In this document: positions 27,859-36,866 of the stretch, piece after piece
Numbering within the stretch: position 1 is the first letter of the stretch
How the letters are laid out: every line of letters begins with the position of its first letter
Virus record (IMG/VR): IMGVR_UViG_3300037502_002518
Span: 5,712 to 69,711 of that record
DNA from: a virus
Lineage: Duplodnaviria > Heunggongvirae > Uroviricota > Caudoviricetes
Strand: one strand, 5' to 3'
Length of the DNA stretch: 64,000 bases
Notes under the pieces: model-generated
What the model was told of the DNA's origin: nothing
Seen by the model: the letters and a program-made list of their open reading frames with translations, nothing else
Databases searched by the model: none
Made by a program: the position numbers and the translations under genes

Positions 27859-27884
27859 TAATATTGTAGTAAAAAATATAAAAG

Positions 27885-28136
27885 GTGGTAATATTAATGA
27901 CTGAACCAACAAAGTTGTATGTAAAAGACATTATTGATTTTTTGGATTATCGATGGACTATTATGGACGAACCGTTTGTGGTCGTTGGAGATGAGTATAT
28001 TCCTTCACTAAAAGAACATTATGAGAACAAAATTACAGAAATTGCAGAAGAAGAAGGGTATAATTATAAGATTGTGATTACTCCACATAATGATGAGAAA
28101 AAAGGCATGTCAGTATTTACACTAAAGGAATTATAA
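27885..28136 (+). CDS. hypothetical protein (83 aa)
   Basis: RBS AAAGGTGG. Confidence 0.5.
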   Translation: MVILMTEPTKLYVKDIIDFLDYRWTIMDEPFVVVGDEYIPSLKEHYENKITEIAEEEGYNYKIVITPHNDEKKGMSVFTLKEL

Positions 28137-28137
28137 T

Positions 28138-28323
28138 ATGGATTTAATCAAGCCTGTACAATCAATTTCTAGCAATCTATTAGATGTAAAAAATCCAATA
28201 GAATTGTTAAATGGACATGAAACCAAAGAGCCAGATGATATAGTAAAGATTGAATATGATGTTAATAAATATATGATACACAAGATTGTTGATGGGGTAA
28301 TAGAGCTAAAGAAAATCAAATGA
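28138..28323 (+). CDS. hypothetical protein (61 aa)
   Basis: tightly packed ORF. Confidence 0.4.
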   Translation: MDLIKPVQSISSNLLDVKNPIELLNGHETKEPDDIVKIEYDVNKYMIHKIVDGVIELKKIK

Positions 28324-28332
28324 GGTGAGAGC

Positions 28333-28524
28333 ATGAATATTCCAGAAAACGTGAAGAAGTATGCAAGCTATAACATGCATCTTGAATCAGATATGCTTTT
28401 AGAAATTATTAAAAAAAGAAGATTGAATATGGCATATCGAATGACTGACGAAGAAAAGTGGATTGTACAAAACAAAGAGTCTTTTGTAAAATATTTCAAT
28501 AGTGAAAAAGGAGATTCTCAATGA
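28333..28524 (+). CDS. hypothetical protein (63 aa)
   Basis: RBS GAGGTGAGAGCATG. Confidence 0.45.
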   Translation: MNIPENVKKYASYNMHLESDMLLEIIKKRRLNMAYRMTDEEKWIVQNKESFVKYFNSEKGDSQ

Positions 28525-30764
28525 GAAAACTAGTTGTCTTACGTGGCGCTCCTGCCTCTGGAAAAAGCACATTCGTTAAAAACCACAACTTGGAAGACTA
28601 TACAATTAGTACGGACGACATTAGATTACTCTATGGTAGTCCAATAATTGGAGAAGATGGAAATACGTCAATATCTCAAAAAAACAACAAGCAAGTTTTT
28701 GAGTTGATGTTTGATGTTTTAGAACATAGAATGTTGAATGGTGAATTTATTGTTGTTGATGCCACTCACTGCAATAAAAAAGACTTTAACAAGTACAAGT
28801 CATTGGCTAAGTTGCATCGTTACAGAGTTTATGTGGTGGATTTTAACAGAACCTTAGAAGAGTTAAAAGAAAATAACGAAAAGAGAAAATTTACATCTAA
28901 GTTTGTTCCCGAGCATGTAATCGAAAAAATGCACTTTAAACAACAATCTTGGGAGATTCCAAGCTGGGCAAATGTAATAAAGGAAGAAGATTTCCACGAG
29001 TCCATCATTGGAAGTAAGAGATTCAACTATAACAATTGGGAGGAAATTCACCATATTGGGGATATACATGGTTGTTATGATACACTTATGAATTTTGTTG
29101 GTGAATTTTTAAATCCAGAACACCTCTATATCTTTACTGGGGATTTATTTGACAGAGGAGAACAAAATAAGGAAGTTTTAAACTTTATGTTGAACAACTA
29201 TTACAAGGACAATGTTGTTTTTATCGAAGGAAATCATGATACTCCAATGAACTACTATGCTAACAACAGACCAGATTTAATTAAGAATAGAGTGTTCAAA
29301 GAGAGTACAATCCCTCAAATTGAAGAAGGGCTGTCCGACAAAGAGATTGTTGAAATGAAAAGGAAAATTAGACATGCAATGAGACACTTTAAAGATTATG
29401 TTCATTACACTTTTGGAGATGACGATGGAGATAACGTAAAAGTTTTTGTCTCACATGGAGGACTTTCTAACAACCCAATGGTATCAATGTCCATGATTCC
29501 CTCTGTTCAATTCATTAGAGGTGTTGGAGATTACAGTTTAGATATTGACAAGAATTGGTCAGAAAGTAATTCAAACATTTTGCAGATACATGGTCATCGA
29601 AATACTTTTGAACACCCTATTGTGGCAGGAAAGAAATCTGTCAATTTAGAGGGTGGTGTCGAATCTGGTGGAGATTTGCGAGTATACACACTATATAAGA
29701 ACGAGCATGGTCTTGTTTTTCAATATTGTGAAGAATACGATAGCCAAGTAGAATCAAAAAACGAGGTAAAAACAGATGAAGAAAATCTAGTTGATAAAAT
29801 GAGAAACAACAATTTTATTCAAGAAAAACAACTGGGTGACAACATCAGCTCTTTTAATTTTACTAGAAAGGCATTTAAAAAAGGTGTTTGGAATGACTTG
29901 ACAGTAAAGGCAAGAGGATTATTTATAAACACCCACTGTAATGAGATTGTGGCAAGGGGTTACGACAAGTTTTTCAATATAAATGAGGTTGAGTCTACAA
30001 AAGAGGAAAACCTAAAAAGAGGTTTAAAATTTCCTGTTCGTGTATATGAAAAACCAAATGGATACCTTGGTCTTCTTGGATATAATAGTGAAAAAGATGA
30101 GCTTGTATTTGCATCAAAATCACAAACGAATAGTCCTCATGCAAAATGGTTTAAAGAATTATTTTACAAAAAAACAACAGAAATGTCACGATATTATATT
30201 AAGAATTATTTAAAAGAGCATAATTCATCTTTAACGTTTGAAGTAATTTCATTTAATGACCCACACATCATAGAGTATTCAGAAGAGGATATAATCTTAC
30301 TCGATATTATTAAACGTGATATTGATTTTAGCAAAGAGCCTTATGGAAAAGCGGATGGAGATTATAGTTTGTCTGAATCTGTAACAACTCTTGCAGGTAT
30401 TATGGGTTGGAATTGTAAAAAATTACTTGCTATCTTTGGTAGTTATGAACAGTATCATAGTTGGTACAAAAGAGAAATGACCCAAACAACTAAGAAAATT
30501 GAGGGATATGTCATTGAAGACAGCAAAGGGTTTATGTTTAAAATTAAGATGCCATACTATAATTTTTGGAAGCAGATTAGGACAGCAAAAGATATGTATG
30601 CAAAAGGAAATTTGAATATAGATTCACTATATGAAAGAACTCATAATAGACTTGCTACAAAATGGATTATCAATGAATTTGAGAACATAAACAAAGAAGA
30701 ACTGAAGTCAATGTCAATTATTGATTTTAGAAACTATTTTAAAGAGAAAGAAGGAACATTTTAA
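28521..30764 (+). CDS. tri-domain polynucleotide kinase-phosphatase with C-terminal RNA/DNA ligase-like nucleotidyltransferase domain (Pnkp-like RNA repair enzyme)
   Basis: N-terminal P-loop GAPASGKST; calcineurin-type phosphoesterase GDIHGCYDTL, GDLFDRG, GNHD; nucleotidyltransferase motif I KPNGYLGL in C-terminal third. Confidence 0.6.
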   Translation: MRKLVVLRGAPASGKSTFVKNHNLEDYTISTDDIRLLYGSPIIGEDGNTSISQKNNKQVFELMFDVLEHRMLNGEFIVVDATHCNKKDFNKYKSLAKLHRYRVYVVDFNRTLEELKENNEKRKFTSKFVPEHVIEKMHFKQQSWEIPSWANVIKEEDFHESIIGSKRFNYNNWEEIHHIGDIHGCYDTLMNFVGEFLNPEHLYIFTGDLFDRGEQNKEVLNFMLNNYYKDNVVFIEGNHDTPMNYYANNRPDLIKNRVFKESTIPQIEEGLSDKEIVEMKRKIRHAMRHFKDYVHYTFGDDDGDNVKVFVSHGGLSNNPMVSMSMIPSVQFIRGVGDYSLDIDKNWSESNSNILQIHGHRNTFEHPIVAGKKSVNLEGGVESGGDLRVYTLYKNEHGLVFQYCEEYDSQVESKNEVKTDEENLVDKMRNNNFIQEKQLGDNISSFNFTRKAFKKGVWNDLTVKARGLFINTHCNEIVARGYDKFFNINEVESTKEENLKRGLKFPVRVYEKPNGYLGLLGYNSEKDELVFASKSQTNSPHAKWFKELFYKKTTEMSRYYIKNYLKEHNSSLTFEVISFNDPHIIEYSEEDIILLDIIKRDIDFSKEPYGKADGDYSLSESVTTLAGIMGWNCKKLLAIFGSYEQYHSWYKREMTQTTKKIEGYVIEDSKGFMFKIKMPYYNFWKQIRTAKDMYAKGNLNIDSLYERTHNRLATKWIINEFENINKEELKSMSIIDFRNYFKEKEGTF

Positions 30765-31462
30765 TGAATACAGATTTTATTAAAGGGTTAACGAAGCTAA
30801 GTTTTAGCGAAAATGACAATATATTATTTGAGGCAGATGCAAAAGATGTATCATTTGATGCAAATTTAACAAAAGGTTTTAGTATAGATGAATTCCTTGA
30901 GAGACTAACTCTAGTGGATAACCCTTCTAAAATTTCATCTGGTGATGATAGCATTGAAAAAAATGAGGACTACCCTTTTGTTGAAGAGATTTTCACTTAT
31001 GCTTTAAACAATAACATGCTATATTCTGAAGCATATAAAGAGAAATTTCTAAATAAAACACCAAAAAATAAAAAGAAGAACAAACTAAAGGTTTATCTGT
31101 CTGGAGACATGTTCTCTGGATGGCAAGACGATATGCCAGAGCATAAACATATCGAATATATCGACCCACGTAAAGCGCCTCAATCAAGTATGGATGATTT
31201 TGTTAACTGGGATTTAAACAAAGTCAAAGAAGCAGACATTGTATTTTGTCACATGGCATACAACAATCCAAGTGGATTAGGAGCATCTTGGGAATGTTCA
31301 ATCGCTAGTGAGTACGACATTCCAATTATTACTTCTTGGGAAAAGAATTATGTAGACCCATTTTTCGCTTCAAAATCATTATATTTATATCTTGATTTTC
31401 ATGCATCAACTCAAAGACTGATTGAGCTTGTAGAGAAAGAAGTGAAAGAAAAATGTTTCTAG
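30764..31462 (+). CDS. nucleoside 2-deoxyribosyltransferase-fold protein (Rcl/NDT-like), translationally coupled to Pnkp-like gene
   Basis: KVYLSGDMFSGW and NPSGLGASWECSIA resemble the NDT Rossmann-like core; TAATG overlap with upstream stop. Confidence 0.4.
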   Translation: MNTDFIKGLTKLSFSENDNILFEADAKDVSFDANLTKGFSIDEFLERLTLVDNPSKISSGDDSIEKNEDYPFVEEIFTYALNNNMLYSEAYKEKFLNKTPKNKKKNKLKVYLSGDMFSGWQDDMPEHKHIEYIDPRKAPQSSMDDFVNWDLNKVKEADIVFCHMAYNNPSGLGASWECSIASEYDIPIITSWEKNYVDPFFASKSLYLYLDFHASTQRLIELVEKEVKEKCF

Positions 31463-31591
31463 GACTCACATTTGTAGCTTTTATAGTATTTGTAGTTGCC
31501 ATCTTTTGGTTAGCACTAATTCAACTAGAGGTTCATGACAAAGCTAGCCAAAAGTTTGATAAGTTCAACAAAGAAAAATTAGAGGAAAAGG

Positions 31592-32422
31592 ATGATGAAA
31601 ATGTACGATAAGCGGATTAAGTGGGCAATTGGATTAGGTGTAGTATTATTAATTGGAGTAGTATTATTCTTTATGTCATTGACAACAGTTAAACAAGGTC
31701 ATGTTGGAGTTGTTTATTCTGCAAATGGTGGTGTTCAAGGAGAAGTTAAAACACAAGGTGTCCATTTTGTGAAGCCTTGGGAGAAAGTTACTGAATACCC
31801 TGTTGCATTAGAGACAGTCACTTTCGAGAATGTTCCTCTAGCAACACGAGATGGTAAGCCATTATCAATGGAATTGAATTTTAACTACAGCAACGACCCA
31901 CAAGAAGTCGTTAATATCTTTAATAAGTTTAAAGGTGCAACATCAACAGATATTGAACAGTCATTTTTATTATCACGAGCCAAAGATTCTGCACTTGAAG
32001 TGACATCTAAGTATACGATTTTAGAAATCTTCCAAAATCGTGGGGAGATTCAGACAGCAATCTCACAACATTTTACAGATGAGATTGCAAAATATGGTTT
32101 TGTGGTCAGTGATTTTGTAATTGGAACACCTACACCAGACCCACAAACTCAAGAAGCTATCCAACGTGTTGTTGATGCACAGCAAAAGCTTGAAGCCTTA
32201 CGTGTAGAAACACAACAAGCAGAAGAAGAAGCTAAACGCAAGTTGGTTGAGGCTGAGGGTCAAGCGGAGGCAGAGATTGCTCAAGCAAAAGGGACAGCAG
32301 AGTCAAACAAATTAATTCAAGAGTCAATTACACCAGAATTGCTTAAGAAGATGGAGATGGAAGCCAGACAAAAATTTGGATGGGTTGAAGTACAAGGTGC
32401 AGATGCAATTGTTGTAGAGTAA
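31592..32422 (+). CDS. SPFH/band-7 (prohibitin/stomatin-like) membrane protein
   Basis: N-terminal TM, SPFH core, C-terminal coiled-coil EA-rich region. Confidence 0.7.
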   Translation: MMKMYDKRIKWAIGLGVVLLIGVVLFFMSLTTVKQGHVGVVYSANGGVQGEVKTQGVHFVKPWEKVTEYPVALETVTFENVPLATRDGKPLSMELNFNYSNDPQEVVNIFNKFKGATSTDIEQSFLLSRAKDSALEVTSKYTILEIFQNRGEIQTAISQHFTDEIAKYGFVVSDFVIGTPTPDPQTQEAIQRVVDAQQKLEALRVETQQAEEEAKRKLVEAEGQAEAEIAQAKGTAESNKLIQESITPELLKKMEMEARQKFGWVEVQGADAIVVE

Positions 32423-32435
32423 AGGAGATGTTTTT

Positions 32436-33152
32436 ATGGACAAAATAATGGGATATGATAGAGCGCTTGTTGATGGTCTAGTTGCGGAAGAGAACTTTAC
32501 AGAGCTTGCTTATGCGTGGGGACACAAACAACCCGAAGAATTTGAAAAGATTCTACAAGAGTGGTTTGATAACAATATTCCTTTTAGATTGAAGTCAAAT
32601 TCAGAAAACTTCTTTAAAGAAGGGTTGTACTTTATGATAGATGCTCAAAAGGGTAAGACAGATGTTTTCCTATCTGAAGATAAAGATTTTGAAATTGAAG
32701 GGCGAGTATTAAGAAGATTTTTTGACAACAAGACGAATTTGTCTGACTCAATTAAAAATCAATTTGATAAAGAATATAGGGTTGTAACAATTCCCAGTGA
32801 AGTTGGAATGTACATCAATACATGCAAAGAGAATGAGTTAAGGTTAATTGAATCATTATATTATATTGGGAGACGAGCAGAGAGTAATTATTTAGACTTT
32901 GCTGACACTTGGATTATAAATAACCAAAGAGAGTACATTGTTGCCTTCATGATGAACAATTGGAACACTGATGTCCAATATGAATTAAGTGTCACAGAAG
33001 TTGTAGATGAAATTGTTGACAATGGAACACCATTAGGAATGTTTTATATTTCATTTGATGAAATATTGCACACTTTAGATAAAAAACTTTTATCTATGGC
33101 TATCGAAGAGACACGAGAAGAGAATGAAATAAAGTTTTATAAAAAGTTTTAA
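32436..33152 (+). CDS. hypothetical protein (238 aa)
   Basis: RBS AAAGGAGATG. Confidence 0.5.
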   Translation: MDKIMGYDRALVDGLVAEENFTELAYAWGHKQPEEFEKILQEWFDNNIPFRLKSNSENFFKEGLYFMIDAQKGKTDVFLSEDKDFEIEGRVLRRFFDNKTNLSDSIKNQFDKEYRVVTIPSEVGMYINTCKENELRLIESLYYIGRRAESNYLDFADTWIINNQREYIVAFMMNNWNTDVQYELSVTEVVDEIVDNGTPLGMFYISFDEILHTLDKKLLSMAIEETREENEIKFYKKF

Positions 33153-33159
33153 CTGAAAA

Positions 33160-33192
33160 ATACAGTCCAGATTGTGGGCTGTATTTTTTTTA
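33160..33192 (+). terminator. rho-independent terminator (ATACAGtCC...GGGCTGTAT plus T9)
   Basis: seen in sequence. Confidence 0.7.
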
Positions 33193-33212
33193 TTTTTATT
33201 TCAACAAAACAG

Positions 33213-33241
33213 TTGACACCTGCCAAAATAAATAGTATGAT
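33213..33241 (+). promoter_or_regulatory. promoter TTGACA-17bp-TATGAT with TGCCAAAATAAA in spacer
   Basis: seen in sequence. Confidence 0.55.
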
Positions 33242-33265
33242 TAACTTAACTTAAAAGAAAGCGAG

Positions 33266-33487
33266 ATGAAACCATTGAACAAACAAGACTTATTTAACTA
33301 TCATCTAGGTGGAATGAAAGAACAGATTGAATTAAAGAACCAATATGACAAATGGAGAGAAGAAAACGAAGGCGTTCACAATGTTTACTATCCATGGAAG
33401 CTACCAAATGCAACAGAGTTCAATCGGCACAGGGTTCTATTAAATAAGTTAACATTGGAAATTGAACGTGAATTATCTGGTAGGTAA
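33266..33487 (+). CDS. hypothetical protein (73 aa)
   Basis: ORF. Confidence 0.45.
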   Translation: MKPLNKQDLFNYHLGGMKEQIELKNQYDKWREENEGVHNVYYPWKLPNATEFNRHRVLLNKLTLEIERELSGR

Positions 33488-33512
33488 AAGAGTAGTGTAG
33501 AAGGAGAGAAAA

Positions 33513-33752
33513 ATGAAAATATTTATTCAATATGGAATGATAACAGAAGAATATAAAGTGGAATATAATGACTTTGGCAGGGTTAAGCAAGGCATATTGA
33601 AACGACTAGGAAATATAAGTGCATCAAAAAGAGCTGAAAAGGAAAGAACTGTATTAAAAAGAAGGATTAAAGAATCGAGTACGATGGATGATTTTATTTT
33701 TGGAATCGGCACTACGAGATGGAGAGTATGGGTTGAGGAGATGGATAAATGA
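33513..33752 (+). CDS. hypothetical protein (79 aa)
   Basis: RBS GAAGGAGAG. Confidence 0.45.
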   Translation: MKIFIQYGMITEEYKVEYNDFGRVKQGILKRLGNISASKRAEKERTVLKRRIKESSTMDDFIFGIGTTRWRVWVEEMDK

Positions 33753-33949
33753 TTAATAAATTTGAAAATATCTATCTGAAAGCTGAACAAGGAACGTTTG
33801 ACCAAGAATATGTTAGTTTATTAGGGGAAGGTAACTTTGTCACTATGTCAGTGGAGCTACTGGAATCAGAATGTGTAAAGCAAGGCGTGGATTTTAGGAT
33901 GTTTTTAGAATATGCAATAAACAGAAAAGAAGAGGAGATGAAGAAATGA
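33749..33949 (+). CDS. hypothetical protein (66 aa)
   Basis: coupled ORF. Confidence 0.45.
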   Translation: MINKFENIYLKAEQGTFDQEYVSLLGEGNFVTMSVELLESECVKQGVDFRMFLEYAINRKEEEMKK

Positions 33950-34176
33950 TTATAACCAATAAAGAAGCTATACGGTACGACTATAGTAATGACTGTCTGG
34001 TAATAGATGATGAATACCTTGTTGATGAAGATAGATATTCTGTATTAGATATAAAAGAACCTTTAGGAATGAAAGCATTAGGTAGGATTTATTTTCATTC
34101 ATACAGCAATCTTGATTACACGACAGGTGAACCAGTTGAAAAAGCAGTCATTTCTGGTGGAGAACGAGGGGGTTGA
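33946..34176 (+). CDS. hypothetical protein (76 aa)
   Basis: coupled ORF. Confidence 0.45.
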   Translation: MIITNKEAIRYDYSNDCLVIDDEYLVDEDRYSVLDIKEPLGMKALGRIYFHSYSNLDYTTGEPVEKAVISGGERGG

Positions 34177-34426
34177 GGGAAAATACTTAAAACATGGAGT
34201 TAGGGTATACACTGAGGAACAGGTTAAAACAATTATTTTAAAAGGTTTATGCGAAGACAATGAAGAATTAAATCCTAAATTGCCTAATGATGTTTGGGTA
34301 TTATTAGAAGAATTGTCTAACAACAAGGCTAAAAACAAGTCAAAAAGAGCTAAAGACATTCTTCAAAAATATTCAAAAATAGACTTTAGAACAGGAGAGA
34401 AGGATAGTGAATCTAGAAGATATTAA
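34112..34426 (+). CDS. hypothetical protein; start uncertain (overlaps upstream ORF by 65 nt)
   Basis: ORF. Confidence 0.35.
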   Translation: MITRQVNQLKKQSFLVENEGVEGKYLKHGVRVYTEEQVKTIILKGLCEDNEELNPKLPNDVWVLLEELSNNKAKNKSKRAKDILQKYSKIDFRTGEKDSESRRY

Positions 34427-34637
34427 AGATAGATATGTGGATTATGAGTACGATTTTAATTTAAAGAAAGAGCATGTGAATTGGCTCATTGAACAGGCAG
34501 AAAAGATTGAGCAAATCAAAAAGATTGTAATCGAGTCTACAGACACAGATAATTTGTATTTTAATGACGATGGGTCAATTAAGTATTTAGGCGAAAGAGA
34601 AGTTTTAAATGAGATTGAGAGGTTATCAAACAGTTAA
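34407..34637 (+). CDS. hypothetical protein (76 aa)
   Basis: ORF. Confidence 0.4.
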   Translation: MNLEDIKDRYVDYEYDFNLKKEHVNWLIEQAEKIEQIKKIVIESTDTDNLYFNDDGSIKYLGEREVLNEIERLSNS

Positions 34638-34646
34638 ATAAATATT

Positions 34647-35024
34647 GTGACGAAAGGTTGTGACGGAATGCAAAGAAATATTAAGTTTAGAGCATGGCAC
34701 AAAGCAGACAAGAAAATGTATGAGGTATATGGTTTTTCGCAAAATAAATGGTTTTTAAGGGGCAAGAACTTCCCTATGCCATTGGGAGCAATTGAACTAA
34801 TGCAATTTACAGAGCTTAAAGATGTTAATGTTGTTGAAATATATGAAGGTGATATATTAATAGATAGACACAATGAAGAGATTGGTAAAGTTGTTTTTGA
34901 AGATGGGTCGTATTTTTGGGAAACTGAAACATTTACTCAATTTTTAGGTGAGATAAATGATGAAGTAGAAGTCGTTGGGAACATTTGGGAAGATGACGAA
35001 TTGTTAGAGGGGCTAACAAAATGA
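34647..35024 (+). CDS. YopX-like protein
   Basis: N-terminal IKFRAWHK...KMY signature of the YopX family (SPbeta-type phage proteins). Confidence 0.55.
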   Translation: MTKGCDGMQRNIKFRAWHKADKKMYEVYGFSQNKWFLRGKNFPMPLGAIELMQFTELKDVNVVEIYEGDILIDRHNEEIGKVVFEDGSYFWETETFTQFLGEINDEVEVVGNIWEDDELLEGLTK

Positions 35025-35206
35025 GCCTAAACCTATATAGAGAATTAAAAAAGAAAGAAAACAAAACTGAATTAGAATGGTATTTTATCAGACATTATCA
35101 AGCTATAGTAACAATTTCTGAAACTATAATTTCAAATGAAAAATTTAATTTGTCTGATAAGGATGCGATTGAAGAAATTAAGGAATACTTAAGGAATAAT
35201 TTTTAA
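35021..35206 (+). CDS. hypothetical protein (61 aa)
   Basis: coupled ORF. Confidence 0.4.
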   Translation: MSLNLYRELKKKENKTELEWYFIRHYQAIVTISETIISNEKFNLSDKDAIEEIKEYLRNNF

Positions 35207-35219
35207 GAAGGAGTATACA

Positions 35220-35537
35220 ATGATAAAGTTTAAGTGTGAAATAGAAAGAACTGATGAGTTTACCATTGAGTTTGACGATAATGTTATGAATGATGAATGG
35301 CTAAAAGATTTTAAAGATACATTTTTTGATTTTGACACACTAGAAGAACATGCAGAATACATTTCAGAATACTTATCCAAGCATGGGAACGAATTTATCG
35401 AAGGTTATGGCATTCCTTTAGAATTTGGGAAGGAGCCACATTGGGCAGAGAAGAAGTATATTAATTACGCAATTAATATTGTGTATGGTGATAAAACTGT
35501 CCGTACAGATTTATATGAGAAGGTGAATGAGTCATGA
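35220..35537 (+). CDS. hypothetical protein (105 aa)
   Basis: RBS AAGGAGTATACAATG. Confidence 0.45.
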   Translation: MIKFKCEIERTDEFTIEFDDNVMNDEWLKDFKDTFFDFDTLEEHAEYISEYLSKHGNEFIEGYGIPLEFGKEPHWAEKKYINYAINIVYGDKTVRTDLYEKVNES

Positions 35538-35869
35538 GTAAAAAAGAAGAGTTAGCAAAATTAATTTTAGACAATCCAGAACATGAGTTAATCTTCATGT
35601 ATCCATACTCTGAGTCAGATTATGATTTAACTATGGGGACAATCTCATGGTTTGAACTAATAGAGTATTATGCTCCAGATGATAGAGTTTGGTTTAAAGA
35701 TGAAGAAGATGAACTGTTTGAAGAATGGAGCGAAAATATTTTTTTAGAAGAGTATAGCCCATTTGATGATGTTTCAGAGTATGAAATTGACTTGATAGAC
35801 AAAGAAGCACAAAAAATGATAGACAAGATAGAATGGACACCGTGCATTGTAGTCCACATTAGTTCATAA
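35534..35869 (+). CDS. hypothetical acidic protein (111 aa)
   Basis: coupled ORF. Confidence 0.45.
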   Translation: MSKKEELAKLILDNPEHELIFMYPYSESDYDLTMGTISWFELIEYYAPDDRVWFKDEEDELFEEWSENIFLEEYSPFDDVSEYEIDLIDKEAQKMIDKIEWTPCIVVHISS

Positions 35870-35880
35870 GGAGGGATAGT

Positions 35881-36423
35881 GTGAAAACAGAAGACAAAGA
35901 GTTTCTACAACAGCTTAAAGACGAGATGATTAATGGAGAACATGATTATCAAGCAAGTCCAAGGTTTTGGGTTATTATGGACTATAGAGACGAGGTAACA
36001 GCGGAAGGATTTCATAATGATGTTAGGTTGTATGATAACCACGCTTGTCACAAATTTGACAGTGTGGAAGATTATATTGAGGATGTTGAAGAGGCAATCG
36101 AAGATGGTGTCTTTCGTGAAAACTGCTTAGAGGAAATACGTGAATGTATAGATAAAATAAAATCAAGTAATTGTCTCACTGACTCAGACATAGAGGATTT
36201 GTTTGCGCTGGTTGGTGACGAAGAGAATATGGAAATTATCTACACAAAGCAAGAATCATATATTGTGCCTAATACATTATTTTTAACCAAAAAAGAAGCA
36301 AAAGGGTATTTGGAGCGATATGGTTATAATCATACAAATAAAGCCCATACGTATGCTATGACAGCATTAAGAAGTCCAAGTTATGAAAGGTTAATAAAAT
36401 TTATTGAAAATATTGAGGAGTGA
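35881..36423 (+). CDS. hypothetical protein (180 aa)
   Basis: RBS AAGGAGGGATAGTGTG. Confidence 0.45.
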   Translation: MKTEDKEFLQQLKDEMINGEHDYQASPRFWVIMDYRDEVTAEGFHNDVRLYDNHACHKFDSVEDYIEDVEEAIEDGVFRENCLEEIRECIDKIKSSNCLTDSDIEDLFALVGDEENMEIIYTKQESYIVPNTLFLTKKEAKGYLERYGYNHTNKAHTYAMTALRSPSYERLIKFIENIEE

Positions 36424-36770
36424 TAAAAATGGATTGGAAAATGTATATTTTAGTAAATCAAGATATTAAAATTGGGAAAGGTAAGCTTGCAGGTCAAGTA
36501 GGACACGCTGTAGCATCATTTATGTACAACTTTGCATTGGATTATGGGGTAGAAGAATTAGCAGATTATATGGAAAACGACCAGAAAAAAATCATTCTTA
36601 AATGCCCACAAGAAAAACTTGAAGAGCTTGAAGAAGGTGGGTATTTAGCCATTCGAGATAAAGGTTATACACAATTAGAGCCAGATACGTTAACATGTGT
36701 TAACTTTGGGATGTATAGTTGGACAGAAGATGATAAGCCAGACTGGATTAAGGAGCTTAAACTACTATGA
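36420..36770 (+). CDS. Pth2-family peptidyl-tRNA hydrolase-like protein
   Basis: YILVNQDIKIGKGKLAGQVGHAVAS matches the PTH2 core (V-R-DL-MGKGKIAAQC-HAA). Confidence 0.5.
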   Translation: MIKMDWKMYILVNQDIKIGKGKLAGQVGHAVASFMYNFALDYGVEELADYMENDQKKIILKCPQEKLEELEEGGYLAIRDKGYTQLEPDTLTCVNFGMYSWTEDDKPDWIKELKLL

Positions 36771-36866
36771 CAGACCAAGAATTCATTAAAACAATGGAGA
36801 CAATTGCAGGTCGAGAGCTGTCTGACTATGAAAAAATGTTTTGCTTGATGGTTAAGGAGGCGAACT

